A stretch of DNA of 64,000 nucleotides, taken from NCBI GenBank assembly GCA_965263355.1, contig CBDHHL010000056.1, positions 2,467,867 to 2,531,866 on the forward strand, written 5' to 3'. The notes below the pieces were generated by a model. The model made no database searches, had not been told where the DNA came from, and saw only the letters and a list, made by a program, of their open reading frames with translations. Positions 22,901 through 32,569 of the stretch are shown here, piece by piece (the first letter of the stretch is position 1; each line of letters starts with the position of its first letter). The DNA is from Leptolyngbyaceae cyanobacterium. Lineage in GTDB: Bacteria > Cyanobacteriota > Cyanobacteriia > Phormidesmidales > Phormidesmidaceae. The position numbers were made by a program, and so were the translations under genes.

Positions 22901-24923
22901 TGTTGAGATTGGAGGGGTAGGTCGTGGCGGTAATGTTGAAGTGACGACCAGGAATCTAGAAGTAAGCAATGGCGCACAGCTCCTGGCATCAACTTTTGGA
23001 GAAGGCGATGCAGGAATTGTGATGCTAGATATTGAAGAAACAGCACGCTTTGATGGGGTCAACCCTGCAACAGGGATTAATCCTACCAGTGCTGCCAGTA
23101 GTGTTGAACAGGGAGGGGTAGGTCGTGGCGGTAATGTTGAATTAGCCGCTAGAAATCTAGAAGTAACCAACGGAGCACAGATCTCTGCATCAACCTTGGG
23201 TGAGGGAGATGCAGGTAATGTAATTCTTGATATTGAAGAAACAGCTCGCTTTGATGGGGTCAACCCTGTAACAGGGATTAATCCTGCTGGTGCTGCAAGC
23301 ACTGTTGAACAGGGAGGGGTAGGTCGTGGCGGTAATGTTAAAGTGACGGCTAGAAATCTAGAAGTAACCAACGGAGCACAGCTCAGTTCAGAAACATCTG
23401 GAGAGGGTGATGCGGGCAATGTGATTCTTGAGATTGAAGAAACGGCTCATTTTGATGGAGTAAATCCGATAACAGGATTTTCTCCTAGTGCTGCAAGAAG
23501 CAGTGTTGCATCTGGAAGTGTAGGTCATGGCGGTAATATTGAAGTGGCGGCCAGGAATCTGAATGTAACCAATGGGGCTCTATTGCTAGCATCAACATTT
23601 GGAGAGGGTGATGCGGGTAATGTGATTCTTGAGATTGAAAGGATGGCCCGCGTTGATGGAGTGAATCTTATTACAGGCCTTAATGTTAGTACGGTGGGCA
23701 GTAGTGTTGAGACCGATGGGGTAGGGCGTGGCGGCGATGTTGAGCTAACAGCCAGGAATCTGGAGGTGACCAATGGGGCAATGCTGAGTGCAGCAACCTT
23801 TGGGGAGGGAGATGCAGGAAATATTATTCTTGATATTGAAGAAACAGCTCGCTTTGATGGAGTGAGTCCGATCACAGGTTCTAATTCTAGTGCTGTGGGC
23901 AGTAGTGTTGAGATAGGTGGAATAGGACGTGGCGGCAATGTTGAACTAACAGCCAGAAATCTGGAAGTGACCAATGGGGCACTGCTGACTGCGGCAACCT
24001 TTGGAGAGGGGGATGCAGGAAATATTATTCTTGATGTTGAAGAAACAGCTCGCTTTGATGGCATGAATCCGATCACAGGGGCTGTGAGTCCAACTTCTGC
24101 AACCAGCCTAGTTTTCCTAGGTGCTACAGGAAATGGTGGTGATATTGAAGTAACGGCTACTAATCTTGAACTTACTAATGGGGGAATATTAGCAACATCG
24201 AGTTTTGGTGAGGGGGATGCGGGCGATATAGTGTTGATTATTCGCGATCGCATTCAACTCCAAGATGGCATTATTGCAACTAATGCAGAGTTTAATGCTG
24301 GTGGACAAATTCAAATTGAAGCAGGCAACATTTTTCTGTTTGGTGATGGCGACATCCAAACCTTTGTTAACTCTGGTGCCAATAATGGTGGCAACATTAC
24401 CATCAACGCCAATGCCCTTGTTGCCTTCGACGATAGTGATATTCTCGCCTTTGCGGCTGACGGTCGCGGCGGCGATGTAGATCTCAGTCAAACTGCCTTC
24501 TTTGGCCAAGACTTTTCCTTTGCTCCCCCTGGCACTGACCCCCGTACCCTAGAAGGCAATGACCGGGTCGATATTAACGCTACAGGTCGCCTAGCCTCCG
24601 GAACAATCACCCTGGCCGATGTTAGTTTTATCCAAGACAGCTTGACCGAACTACCCGACAATCTGGTCAATCCTGAAGCACTGGTCGCCAATAGTTGTAT
24701 TGCTCGTAGGCGTGATACGGATAGCAATTTGGTCATCACAGGCAGTGATGGTCTGCCTGTACAGCCCAATCGCCTGCAAGCGTCCTATGAGCTAGGTGAA
24801 ATTCGCTCGTTTACAGAACCTAGCTCGGCAGAGGCTCATAGCCCAATCACTGAACCACACAGTACCTATCGATTAGCGGATGGTCGGCTTGTACTAGGGC
24901 GTGAGTGTGAGCCTGACCATTAA
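19956..24923 (+). CDS. filamentous haemagglutinin N-terminal (TPS) domain protein, tandem paralog
   Basis: Same architecture as 15601-19767 with more repeats; the start MLLSRLSS matches the paralog. Confidence 0.9.
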   Translation: MLLSRLSSQICTILLVPIGLLPLSAQAQIIPDQTLGSETSNIVNDQLIRGDRADLIEDGATRGDNLFHSFSEFNVNSGQRVYFFNPVGIESILSRVTGENPSAINGTLGVDGPASLFLINPNGLVFGEAAVLDVTGSFYGTTAEAVTIGNGVFSAVDPGQSQLLAVSPSISFWNYLTDTSGEVVNRGALAIGGDLILAGNRLDLQGQVAAAGDVSLLATDTVQIRDTAEVPFIGFAGGDLLVQGNQQVDIVALSHPESGLFSNGNMVLRSASQVGGDAHYLSGGDFRIEQLDGSNGELFSPIDPIIRALGDVTIGAYIGGSLHIIAGGSVRIDAVIINAVDPGSLSIDFLQENIELSDGTVVSIDGGTQPTLDVRAGVLPESIGNPPLEMVTGLNPLTDSLFMLDLTDSPSNANIEIGDVFIDASDGLVLLTNQYSPNTLLNGDILIETRQLDFGGVVAGDLSTVGGQIIFDSRNNINVVDSLIATSSVNLDGGGITLLAENDIALESPQNKITGLLSTIPPDVTSMGGSIRINAQNLELRDGSAISTEIFGNGPAGNVILNIEGAASFDGVNLVTGAIGGISSVIRPGSSGLGGKIELTASNLEVTNGAQLNASTFGEGNAGNVILNISETARFDGVDAVTGIFSGAGSSVLLGGVGRGGNVEVNARNLEVANGAQLIASTFNEGDAGSVLLNIEETARFSGVDAVTGAVSGAGSGVEADGIGRGGNVEVNARDLQVTGGALLFTSTAGEGDSGNVILNIEETARFEGVSSVTGVGGGVRSSVEPSGIGRGGNIEVTAGNLDVTNGAQLLASTFGQGNAGNVVLDIEETANFDGINPLTGLSPTGVGSNIELGGIGRGGNIEVTAGNLNVTNGAQLLASTFGQGNAGNVVLDIRETARFDGVDAVNGIVSGTGSSVEAEGVGRGGDIELTARNLEVSNGAQLLASTFGEGDAGNVILNIEEISRFDGVSPVTGIGSGARSSVEIGGVGRGGNVEVTTRNLEVSNGAQLLASTFGEGDAGIVMLDIEETARFDGVNPATGINPTSAASSVEQGGVGRGGNVELAARNLEVTNGAQISASTLGEGDAGNVILDIEETARFDGVNPVTGINPAGAASTVEQGGVGRGGNVKVTARNLEVTNGAQLSSETSGEGDAGNVILEIEETAHFDGVNPITGFSPSAARSSVASGSVGHGGNIEVAARNLNVTNGALLLASTFGEGDAGNVILEIERMARVDGVNLITGLNVSTVGSSVETDGVGRGGDVELTARNLEVTNGAMLSAATFGEGDAGNIILDIEETARFDGVSPITGSNSSAVGSSVEIGGIGRGGNVELTARNLEVTNGALLTAATFGEGDAGNIILDVEETARFDGMNPITGAVSPTSATSLVFLGATGNGGDIEVTATNLELTNGGILATSSFGEGDAGDIVLIIRDRIQLQDGIIATNAEFNAGGQIQIEAGNIFLFGDGDIQTFVNSGANNGGNITINANALVAFDDSDILAFAADGRGGDVDLSQTAFFGQDFSFAPPGTDPRTLEGNDRVDINATGRLASGTITLADVSFIQDSLTELPDNLVNPEALVANSCIARRRDTDSNLVITGSDGLPVQPNRLQASYELGEIRSFTEPSSAEAHSPITEPHSTYRLADGRLVLGRECEPDH

Positions 24924-25003
24924 TAAAGCTGATTGAGGAGTGCGTCATCCCCGCATCATCTCCCACTTACATCGCCTGTTGATAGCTCATACTTTGCGCT
25001 AAG

Positions 25004-25822
25004 TTATCCTGAAAAAAGTGCGCCGATCACGTCGGCCAAAACTTCGGCCATGCCCCCAGCGACTTCTCCAGTGACCTCCAGAATAACAGTGGCGGCTTCT
25101 GGCAACGACTCCAGGGCTGCCCCTGTCACCTCAGCTAAGGATTCCACAACATCTCCAGCAACTTCAGGAGTATTGGTTAAAACATTAACTGTCCCTTTCG
25201 CAGCATTACCAGCTGTCTCTGCCAGGGGCTGCACACCTGGTTCTAGAATATCAGCACCGTAGGTAAGACCGTCTACAGTTCCCTGGACAACAGCATCTCC
25301 CACCGCCTGGGTGACGACATTACCCTGATATTGCTGTGTAGTATAGGTTGATGTTGGTTGATGCTTAGAGGCGTTAGCAATCCCTATCAATGGGCCATTC
25401 CATAAAGCTAATAGCTCTACTTGATCAAACCAAACGCCCTGGCAACTACGACAGATATCTAAGATTAACTGTTTGTGCTGTTTTCTCTCAAGTTGTTTTT
25501 CACACACTGGGCAAGCAATGCGATTATGCCAACCACAGTCTGGACATTGGTCCAGATTACGATCCATCAAGGTGTTACAGCTATGGCAATAAATCTTTCT
25601 TGCTTGAGGCTGTTGTAAAATTCTCTGACGGATTTTTGGAGACTGAATCTGTTGAGCCAGTTTAACTTCATCCTTGTCAAACCAAACGCCACCACAGCGT
25701 TTGCAGTAATCAAGGGTGAGAAATACTCCACTATCTTTGCGAGTAATCTTGAGCTTTTGCATGGGTAGCCCTGTACATACAGGGCAGTGATATCGCGGTT
25801 CAAACCCAGTGGAGTTAAGCAT
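25004..25822 (-). CDS. zf-TFIIB-like multi zinc-ribbon protein
   Basis: CPVC..LDYCKRCGGVWFD and CPVC..LDICRSCQGVWFD plus an extra CxxC pair; acidic low-complexity tail. Confidence 0.8.
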   Translation of the reverse strand: MLNSTGFEPRYHCPVCTGLPMQKLKITRKDSGVFLTLDYCKRCGGVWFDKDEVKLAQQIQSPKIRQRILQQPQARKIYCHSCNTLMDRNLDQCPDCGWHNRIACPVCEKQLERKQHKQLILDICRSCQGVWFDQVELLALWNGPLIGIANASKHQPTSTYTTQQYQGNVVTQAVGDAVVQGTVDGLTYGADILEPGVQPLAETAGNAAKGTVNVLTNTPEVAGDVVESLAEVTGAALESLPEAATVILEVTGEVAGGMAEVLADVIGALFSG

Positions 25823-26270
25823 CGAGCAATCTGCGTGAGGTGTGTTTGTTAGGTAGCTGCTGGATGTCTGGGAACGAGTAGACTAGAAGTCCAGAGTCAG
25901 TCATTTCGATTTCGGCTAAGTCTTGATGACATAGATCTTTAAGGACTTCATGAGCTACAGCCTGTTCAATACCCAATTCGGAAATAATCTCAATTTCTGT
26001 GAGTTTTCCTTGGTTCGCCTGGGCTAACCTAAGAATTTCTGACCGGAGTGTAACCAGTCGGGAATTCATGCTACGGGTTTTGAGGAGGTTGCGATCGCGC
26101 CAATGACCATGCAGTAATCCAATACCAGCTGCCATGGGCAGCCCTACCCCTAAACCAAAGCTCATTACCTTAACGGTTTGAGACTGATCGTTGAGATCTG
26201 CTTTACTAAAACCCAGTAGCATAAAGGCCGAAAGACTTAATAACCCAATTCCACTAAAGAGTTTATTCAT
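25815..26270 (-). CDS. hypothetical membrane protein with a possible C-terminal wHTH
   Basis: Two TM segments; overlaps the downstream gene by 8 nt. Confidence 0.7.
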   Translation of the reverse strand: MNKLFSGIGLLSLSAFMLLGFSKADLNDQSQTVKVMSFGLGVGLPMAAGIGLLHGHWRDRNLLKTRSMNSRLVTLRSEILRLAQANQGKLTEIEIISELGIEQAVAHEVLKDLCHQDLAEIEMTDSGLLVYSFPDIQQLPNKHTSRRLLDA

Positions 26271-26378
26271 AGAAAATTAGCTAGAGACTTTACGCCTATC
26301 CTAGCCAAGGGGTCGTACTACTTGCCAGTTTCATTGCGGTGTGCAAGCTGGCCGTGAGTCGTAGTCAATATCGTAGGA

Positions 26379-27419
26379 TTAAATGCCTTTAAAGCTCACG
26401 GCTTCACTCATCTCTTTAGCTTTAGGACGTTGAGAAGGGCGTCTTAACTGATTTAAGCGCTGTACCCCAATTTGGTTTAAGACAATACCCCCTAGAATAA
26501 CAACGCCGCCAAGATATTGACCAAATGTCGGCACCTCACCCAATAATAAAAATGCCGATACAATTCCTACGATTGGGTTAAACGCAGTGGCAAATGAAAC
26601 TTCACTAGCAGTGCTTCGTTTTAAGCCGTTAAACCAAAATGACTGACCAGCCACAACAATCACAGCTGCATACAACACCATCCACTGCCACAAAAACGGA
26701 GCACTTACATCTATAAAATGTTCAGGGCCGTAAAGAACCACAGTGGCTCCAAAGAAGAAAACAGTTCCCACAAACATCCTAAAGACACTAAAAATTCCTA
26801 GCGGAATCTCACGCAAACTAATTTTGCTAATCAGGTTTGCCACAGCTTTGATAATCGCAGCAATCAATGTCAGCAAAGCCCCACGACCTATGGCCATACC
26901 CATACCCATGGAAACCATCTCAGTTCCAGGGGGCTGAATTAAAACTGTCAGCGCAACCCCAATAAATGAAACAATTGCCCCAGCCACGACCCACTTATTG
27001 ACCCGATCACCTAACACCCACACTGATAATGCCAACACCAGCGGCGTATCAATCTGGCTAATCAGCACTACATTGTTGACCGGAGTAATCGCCAGTGCTG
27101 TAAAGATTAGGGTGGGCACTACAGCAGCTCCCAAAACAGCTACTACAACCATAGAGAGCCAGTCTTGCCATTTAATTTGTCGCAGTGCTGGCCTACGCCA
27201 CTCCCGACCATAGATAACAGCTAACAGGATCAGGGCACACAAATTACCAATAAATAATACATTGCAAAATGAAATAGGGTTGCGCCCATCAATTAGATTC
27301 ATCTCCCCCAGATCAGTCAGCTTGCGAGTGACTGCATTGGCCGCACCAAATATAGCAATGGCCATTAAGAGATAGACCCTCCCTGAGGGTTGAAAACCTA
27401 ATTTACTCATAGTTTGCAT
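26379..27419 (-). CDS. DMT/EamA family transporter
   Basis: Multi-TM protein; GRNPISFCNVLF motif. Confidence 0.85.
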   Translation of the reverse strand: MQTMSKLGFQPSGRVYLLMAIAIFGAANAVTRKLTDLGEMNLIDGRNPISFCNVLFIGNLCALILLAVIYGREWRRPALRQIKWQDWLSMVVVAVLGAAVVPTLIFTALAITPVNNVVLISQIDTPLVLALSVWVLGDRVNKWVVAGAIVSFIGVALTVLIQPPGTEMVSMGMGMAIGRGALLTLIAAIIKAVANLISKISLREIPLGIFSVFRMFVGTVFFFGATVVLYGPEHFIDVSAPFLWQWMVLYAAVIVVAGQSFWFNGLKRSTASEVSFATAFNPIVGIVSAFLLLGEVPTFGQYLGGVVILGGIVLNQIGVQRLNQLRRPSQRPKAKEMSEAVSFKGI

Positions 27420-27720
27420 GGGAGAGGCTCCTAGTCATAGTGGGCCAGCAGTGCTGCTATGTCGAATCCTGACTAGTTAACCGGCAGGCTCAAATCAAGG
27501 CAGTTCCTTTAGGGGTTATGTATCAAGGCGTTATTAAAGCCTGATTAATAACGCACATAGTTTAGAACAGCGAGTAGTTTAGTGTGACGTTCATTTTATA
27601 AGACTGGCAGGATTTGGCAAGGGGCTAAGTTAGGGGATATCAGCAAACTGATACCATGCTCTAAACGTAAGCAATTTACCGATATACTGCTGCGGTCCAC
27701 TAGCGTATTGGAGATCATCG

Positions 27721-29373
27721 ATGTCAGTTCAGTTCTGGGGTAGGCATAGTTGGCGAAAACCATGGCGCTCACTAGGTTGCTACATCAGCCTTTTTAGTCT
27801 GTGCCTGGTCTTTGCAGTTGCCTGTGGCGGTGGCAGTGGCGATGGACAACAGGAAGCAGCTACCACACCAGATGGTCGCGTGGCCATGGGAACTACGCTG
27901 AGTGCCCGTACCCTGGATCCTGCCGATGCCTATGAAATTTTTCCTGGCATCTTGCTATATAACTTGGGAGATCGCCTCTACACCTATGCGCCGGGTTCAA
28001 CGACATTAGAACCCCAACTGGCCACAGAGATGCCCACCGTTAGTGAGGATGGTCTGATCTATGTCATTCCATTACGGGAAGGGGTGACGCTACACGATGG
28101 TTCAGCCTTTAATGCTGAGGTAATGGCGTTTTCCATTCAGCGGTTTATGGACAATGGCGGGCGTCCAGCCTTCTTGCTATCAGAAAAGATTGATGCCGTT
28201 GAGGCAACGGGTGAATACGAACTGACCATTACGCTTAAACAACCGTTTGCCGCATTTACATCCCTGCTGACATTCTGGGGAGTAACCCCAGTTCCACCTG
28301 ACGCCTACACCCTTGGCGAGGGTCAGTTTAAACCTGAGGAGTTTGTGGGATCTGGTCCATATAAGCTGGCTTCCTTCAGCAGCGATGTGATCAAACTGGA
28401 TGCTAATCCAGACTATTGGGGTGCAGCACCTACGAATGATGGCATCGATATCCAGATTTTTACTAGCCCTGCGAACCTGTACAACACATTCCGCTCTGGT
28501 GGTCTGGATGTGGCTTATCAGACTCTGGACCCCGATCAAATTGCGGCCCTGGAGCGGGAAGCTGATCAGGGGGGGTGGAATGTGATCGAAGCAGGCTCGA
28601 CTGTGGTTAACTACATGTCGCTCAACCAAAAGATTGCCCCTTTTGATGATTTGAATGTGCGCAAAGCGGTCGCAGCGATGATTGACCGCGATTTGATTAA
28701 TGAGCGCGCCTTTCAAGGTCAGGCAGAACCGCTGTATAGCCTGATTCCCAAGAGCTTTGACGTTTACGAACCAGTCTTCGAAACCGTTTATGGGGACGGT
28801 GACTATGAGAAAGCCAAGGGTTTTCTTAAAGACGCTGGGATTACAGCCGCCAAACCCCTAGAGTTTGAAATTTGGTACCCTACATCGTCAACCACCCGCA
28901 GCGTTGTCGCCAATACGCTCAAGGAAGCCATTGAGACAAATATGTCTGGGCTGGTGAATGTGCAAGTCAGCACAGCGGAATCAGCCACCCTTTGGGAGAA
29001 CGTTGAGAAGGGGATTTATCCGAGTGTCTTAGCGAATTGGTACCCAGATTACTTTGACCCTGATAACTTTGTACAACCGTTCCTCAGCTGTAATCAGGGG
29101 TCAGAGGAGACCCTCTGTGAGAAAGGGGCCACCCAGGGGAATGGGTCGTTCTACTATAGTGCCAAGACCAACGATTTGCTGACTCAACAAAGTGCGGAAT
29201 TGGATGAGGCAAAACGCAATGGTTTGTTTAAGGACCTGCAACAGACCATGGTTGATGATGTGCCTTATATTCCACTCTGGCAAAACAAGGATTATGTGTT
29301 TGCCACAGCGGAGATCGATGGAGTAGCCATTGAGCCAAACCAGCAATTTTTGCTATGGCAAATTGACAAATAG
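27721..29373 (+). CDS. peptide/nickel ABC transporter substrate-binding lipoprotein
   Basis: VAC lipobox; TLDPA, PQLA, GSGPY, WYPDYFDPD family-5 SBP motifs. Confidence 0.92.
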   Translation: MSVQFWGRHSWRKPWRSLGCYISLFSLCLVFAVACGGGSGDGQQEAATTPDGRVAMGTTLSARTLDPADAYEIFPGILLYNLGDRLYTYAPGSTTLEPQLATEMPTVSEDGLIYVIPLREGVTLHDGSAFNAEVMAFSIQRFMDNGGRPAFLLSEKIDAVEATGEYELTITLKQPFAAFTSLLTFWGVTPVPPDAYTLGEGQFKPEEFVGSGPYKLASFSSDVIKLDANPDYWGAAPTNDGIDIQIFTSPANLYNTFRSGGLDVAYQTLDPDQIAALEREADQGGWNVIEAGSTVVNYMSLNQKIAPFDDLNVRKAVAAMIDRDLINERAFQGQAEPLYSLIPKSFDVYEPVFETVYGDGDYEKAKGFLKDAGITAAKPLEFEIWYPTSSTTRSVVANTLKEAIETNMSGLVNVQVSTAESATLWENVEKGIYPSVLANWYPDYFDPDNFVQPFLSCNQGSEETLCEKGATQGNGSFYYSAKTNDLLTQQSAELDEAKRNGLFKDLQQTMVDDVPYIPLWQNKDYVFATAEIDGVAIEPNQQFLLWQIDK

Positions 29374-29424
29374 ACAATTGGTTCCCCTGTAGGGGATTGG
29401 TTTAGGTAAATATGGGGAAAATGA

Positions 29425-30453
29425 ATGGCGTCTCGGGCTAATGCACTACGGTATTACATATTGTCGCGGTTAATGCTGGCACCGTTGATGATCTGGACAA
29501 TCACAACGGTGGTGTTTTTATTGATGCGGGCAACGCCAGGAGATCCCGTGGATGCGCTGCTGGGTCCCAGGGCACCACTTGAGGCAAAGGAGGTTTTGCG
29601 ATCGCAACTCGGCCTCGACAAACCCCTATTCTTCCAATATCTGGATTACCTTGGGCACTTACTCCGACTTGACCTGGGCAGTTCTATTGCCAGCCAGGGT
29701 CAAACCGTCTGGGAAATCATCGGCGACCATTTTCCAGCCACAGTTGAGCTTACATTCTGTGGTTTAACCATAGCAGCCATCGTTGGTATTACCGTAGGCT
29801 CCATTGCCGCATCACGTCCCAACACCCCCATTGATGCAGGCGGACGATTGTTTGGCATTCTCACCTATGCCACCCCCATGTACTGGTTTGGCATGATTTT
29901 GCAGCTCGTATTTGCGGTGCAGCTACGCTGGTTTCCCATTGGCACCCGGTTTCCCCTCGTAGAGACACCGCCAGATGGACCAACCGGCCTTTATTTACTC
30001 GATAGTCTGCTCCATGGCAACGTATCTCAATTTGGCACCACCCTGTATCACCTGGCTTTACCTAGCCTGACGCTGGGCATTTTAATTAGCGGTGTTTTTG
30101 AACGCATGGTGCGGGTAAACCTCAAACAGACGCTACGGGCTGACTATATAGAGGCTGCTCGCGCTCGAGGCATTCCTGAATTTCGGATCATCACCGTCCA
30201 TGCCTTAAAAAACGCCCTAATTCCTGTGATTACCATCCTGGGACTGACGTTTGCCTCCCTATTAGGGGGAACCGTCTTAACCGAAGTTACATTTTCCTGG
30301 CCAGGGCTAGCTAATCGTTTCTTTGAAGCCATTTCTCAGCGAGACTATGAAGTCGTTCAGGGGCTGATGACCTTCTTTGGCACTATTGTCGCCCTTGTCA
30401 GTATTGCCATTGACATCCTGAATGCCTACATTGATCCCCGCATTCGCTACTGA
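29425..30453 (+). CDS. peptide ABC transporter permease (DppB/OppB-like)
   Basis: PGDP, LGLDKP, DYIEAARARG EAA loop, DPRIRY. Confidence 0.93.
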   Translation: MASRANALRYYILSRLMLAPLMIWTITTVVFLLMRATPGDPVDALLGPRAPLEAKEVLRSQLGLDKPLFFQYLDYLGHLLRLDLGSSIASQGQTVWEIIGDHFPATVELTFCGLTIAAIVGITVGSIAASRPNTPIDAGGRLFGILTYATPMYWFGMILQLVFAVQLRWFPIGTRFPLVETPPDGPTGLYLLDSLLHGNVSQFGTTLYHLALPSLTLGILISGVFERMVRVNLKQTLRADYIEAARARGIPEFRIITVHALKNALIPVITILGLTFASLLGGTVLTEVTFSWPGLANRFFEAISQRDYEVVQGLMTFFGTIVALVSIAIDILNAYIDPRIRY

Positions 30454-30603
30454 CGCCAATTTGGTAATGACAGCATCTAACTAACTTATAAAAATAAACA
30501 ATACACAATATTGCTTTTTGTAATACTGTTGTAAATACACCTCAGTTCCAGTCACTTATTTTTCCGTTAAAACGTACTTTTTTGAATATTTGCAATATCG
30601 TCT

Positions 30604-30972
30604 ATGTCTCCATCAGTAAACCATAGGGTTTCATTGCTAGACCTCGTTCGAAGTTTATGGATGGGCAAGTTTCTTCGCTCTGTTGCGACAGGGCTAATTG
30701 TCCTTATTTTTTTGGCTGCAAATATGGGTAGTGGGCTGACTCAAGCACCACCAGGGATGAAAACTAAGGCAAAAATCGCTGCTTCTGAGCATCATCAATC
30801 TGCTACTGCACCTTTACTGCTTCCCAAACCAGCAAAGGCCCTTTTCCATGGCCAATGGATGACCGAGGCAGCTATGACAAGTCATAATTTAACTGCCGCT
30901 CATTTTTTGGGACACCGTGTCAGCAAAAAGTTATTTGCCACAACCCAGCAATTAACTAAACAGGGTAGCTAA
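30604..30972 (+). CDS. hypothetical protein
   Basis: 122-aa ORF with a hydrophobic segment; coding status uncertain. Confidence 0.35.
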   Translation: MSPSVNHRVSLLDLVRSLWMGKFLRSVATGLIVLIFLAANMGSGLTQAPPGMKTKAKIAASEHHQSATAPLLLPKPAKALFHGQWMTEAAMTSHNLTAAHFLGHRVSKKLFATTQQLTKQGS

Positions 30973-31004
30973 TCCTAAAACGGATTCAATATATTGCAAT
31001 AAAT

Positions 31005-31046
31005 TGCAGTTGATGTAATGTCTAATGCAGTTGATGTAATGTCTAA
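31005..31046 (+). repeat. perfect 21-bp tandem duplication TGCAGTTGATGTAATGTCTAA x2
   Basis: Read directly from the sequence. Confidence 0.85.
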
Positions 31047-31103
31047 TATATGTGTGATTATTGCTGCTAAAGCCTACGATGACGGGGTATCGGTTTTAAT
31101 TAA

Positions 31104-31529
31104 GTGTCTCTTAGTATTGGTGATACAAACTTGAACGCTTTTCGCAAGTTCATTTGTTGTTTGACTACAGCGAGCGCTCTTATCCTGCTGCCGAGTGCCA
31201 GGAGCTTGGCGCAACCTGAGCAATCTCAAGCATGTAGATTCTTACTATCTCCTCAAGAATTTAATACCGTTGAAACCGATGACAAAATTGTCATTGGTCA
31301 AATTAGAAACCGTCCTTATACTGTTCTGCTAAATCACAGCCTACAGGAAAATTTGTCAACTATCCGCACCTGTGTGCCTGATGCTTTTTTAACGTCCTCA
31401 AGGTTGGGGCGTTATATTCACATCGCATCGTTTAGTAATTATCGAGATGCTAAGGAGTTAGCGGATCAAATTGCTCACTCCCTGGAGCTGGATGTGCGGA
31501 TAATTCATCGCTCTCGCTTGGGACAATAA
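31104..31529 (+). CDS. hypothetical secreted protein
   Basis: Signal-peptide-like N-terminus; PDAF..SRLGRYI..F..YRDA is loosely SPOR-like. Confidence 0.65.
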   Translation: MSLSIGDTNLNAFRKFICCLTTASALILLPSARSLAQPEQSQACRFLLSPQEFNTVETDDKIVIGQIRNRPYTVLLNHSLQENLSTIRTCVPDAFLTSSRLGRYIHIASFSNYRDAKELADQIAHSLELDVRIIHRSRLGQ

Positions 31530-31708
31530 GCGCTAATTTTTTGTGGCTGTTATTGCTATAAAAGGCCAAAACTTAGATGAACAGAGCTGTTCGGCCAAAT
31601 AGCTTGAATCCCCAAGCCATTGTTATGACCATAAAGACAATAGCCAGAAAGTAATGTCATGATTTAGTTGGTAATCTGTACACATTATGTGTAGAAGGAC
31701 CTGAAAGT

Positions 31709-32569
31709 ATGTTTGGGTTTAATCACAGCGCATTATCTCGTCATGCATATCCCCAGCGTCTAGCATTGCTAGCAGGTGTGATAATAATATCAGGGATTTC
31801 GCTTGAAACTAGTGCTCGTCCCCTCTCAGTGCGTCTGGAGCGATGGCTGGAACTACGCAACATCAGTGGCACAGTTGATGCTCGACAGGGTGGTCAGTGG
31901 CGTCCGGCTCAAACAGGTCAGCGCTTAGAAGTCATTGGTGATGGCATACGTACAGGGGCCGGATCGCTAGCACGACTCGTCGTTGATACTGACGTTGGTT
32001 TTGTTGGCGTTTCTGAAAATACGATCCTCAGCATTATAGATTTCTACATTACCCAACGCGGCGGCAGGGTAACTAAGCTAGATGTGAGTCGTGGTCAAGC
32101 CAGAGTATTTGTACGCCCTTTTACCAATCCAGATTCTCACCTAGAGATTCGCACACCAGCGGGAGTGAATGGGGTACGCGGTACAGACTTTGGGATTTCT
32201 ATTCAGCCCAGTGGTCGTTCATCCCTAGTTGTCTTGGAAGGGGGCGTGGCCTCCGAAGCTCAGGGGGTATCAGTTCCGGTGAATGCTGGATTCCAGAATT
32301 ATACAATTCCAGGTGAACCGCCCTCTGAACCCGTGCCGATTACTGAGGATCCATCCCTGAATATTCTCAGGCTAGAACGCCGTGGCTCCACCATCATCAT
32401 AGAAGGCAGTACGTCTACCGTTAATTTGTTAGTCATTGATGACGAAACGCAAGAAGTTGACCCAGACGGTAATTTTGTTTTAGAGTTGTCTGCCCCTGGA
32501 AATCAGATTGATGCAACTGTCGTTACCCCACTTGGCACAACGCAGGTTTATGAGTTGGTTGTTCCCTAA
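31709..32569 (+). CDS. FecR domain-containing protein
   Basis: GDGIRTG, EIRTPAGVNGVRGTDF, VLEGGV. Confidence 0.85.
   Translation: MFGFNHSALSRHAYPQRLALLAGVIIISGISLETSARPLSVRLERWLELRNISGTVDARQGGQWRPAQTGQRLEVIGDGIRTGAGSLARLVVDTDVGFVGVSENTILSIIDFYITQRGGRVTKLDVSRGQARVFVRPFTNPDSHLEIRTPAGVNGVRGTDFGISIQPSGRSSLVVLEGGVASEAQGVSVPVNAGFQNYTIPGEPPSEPVPITEDPSLNILRLERRGSTIIIEGSTSTVNLLVIDDETQEVDPDGNFVLELSAPGNQIDATVVTPLGTTQVYELVVP

Noticed and set aside
17013..24769. Long antisense ORFs within the haemagglutinin genes
   Set aside because: Shadow frames produced by the repetitive Gly/Asn/Ala codon pattern; no independent protein features.
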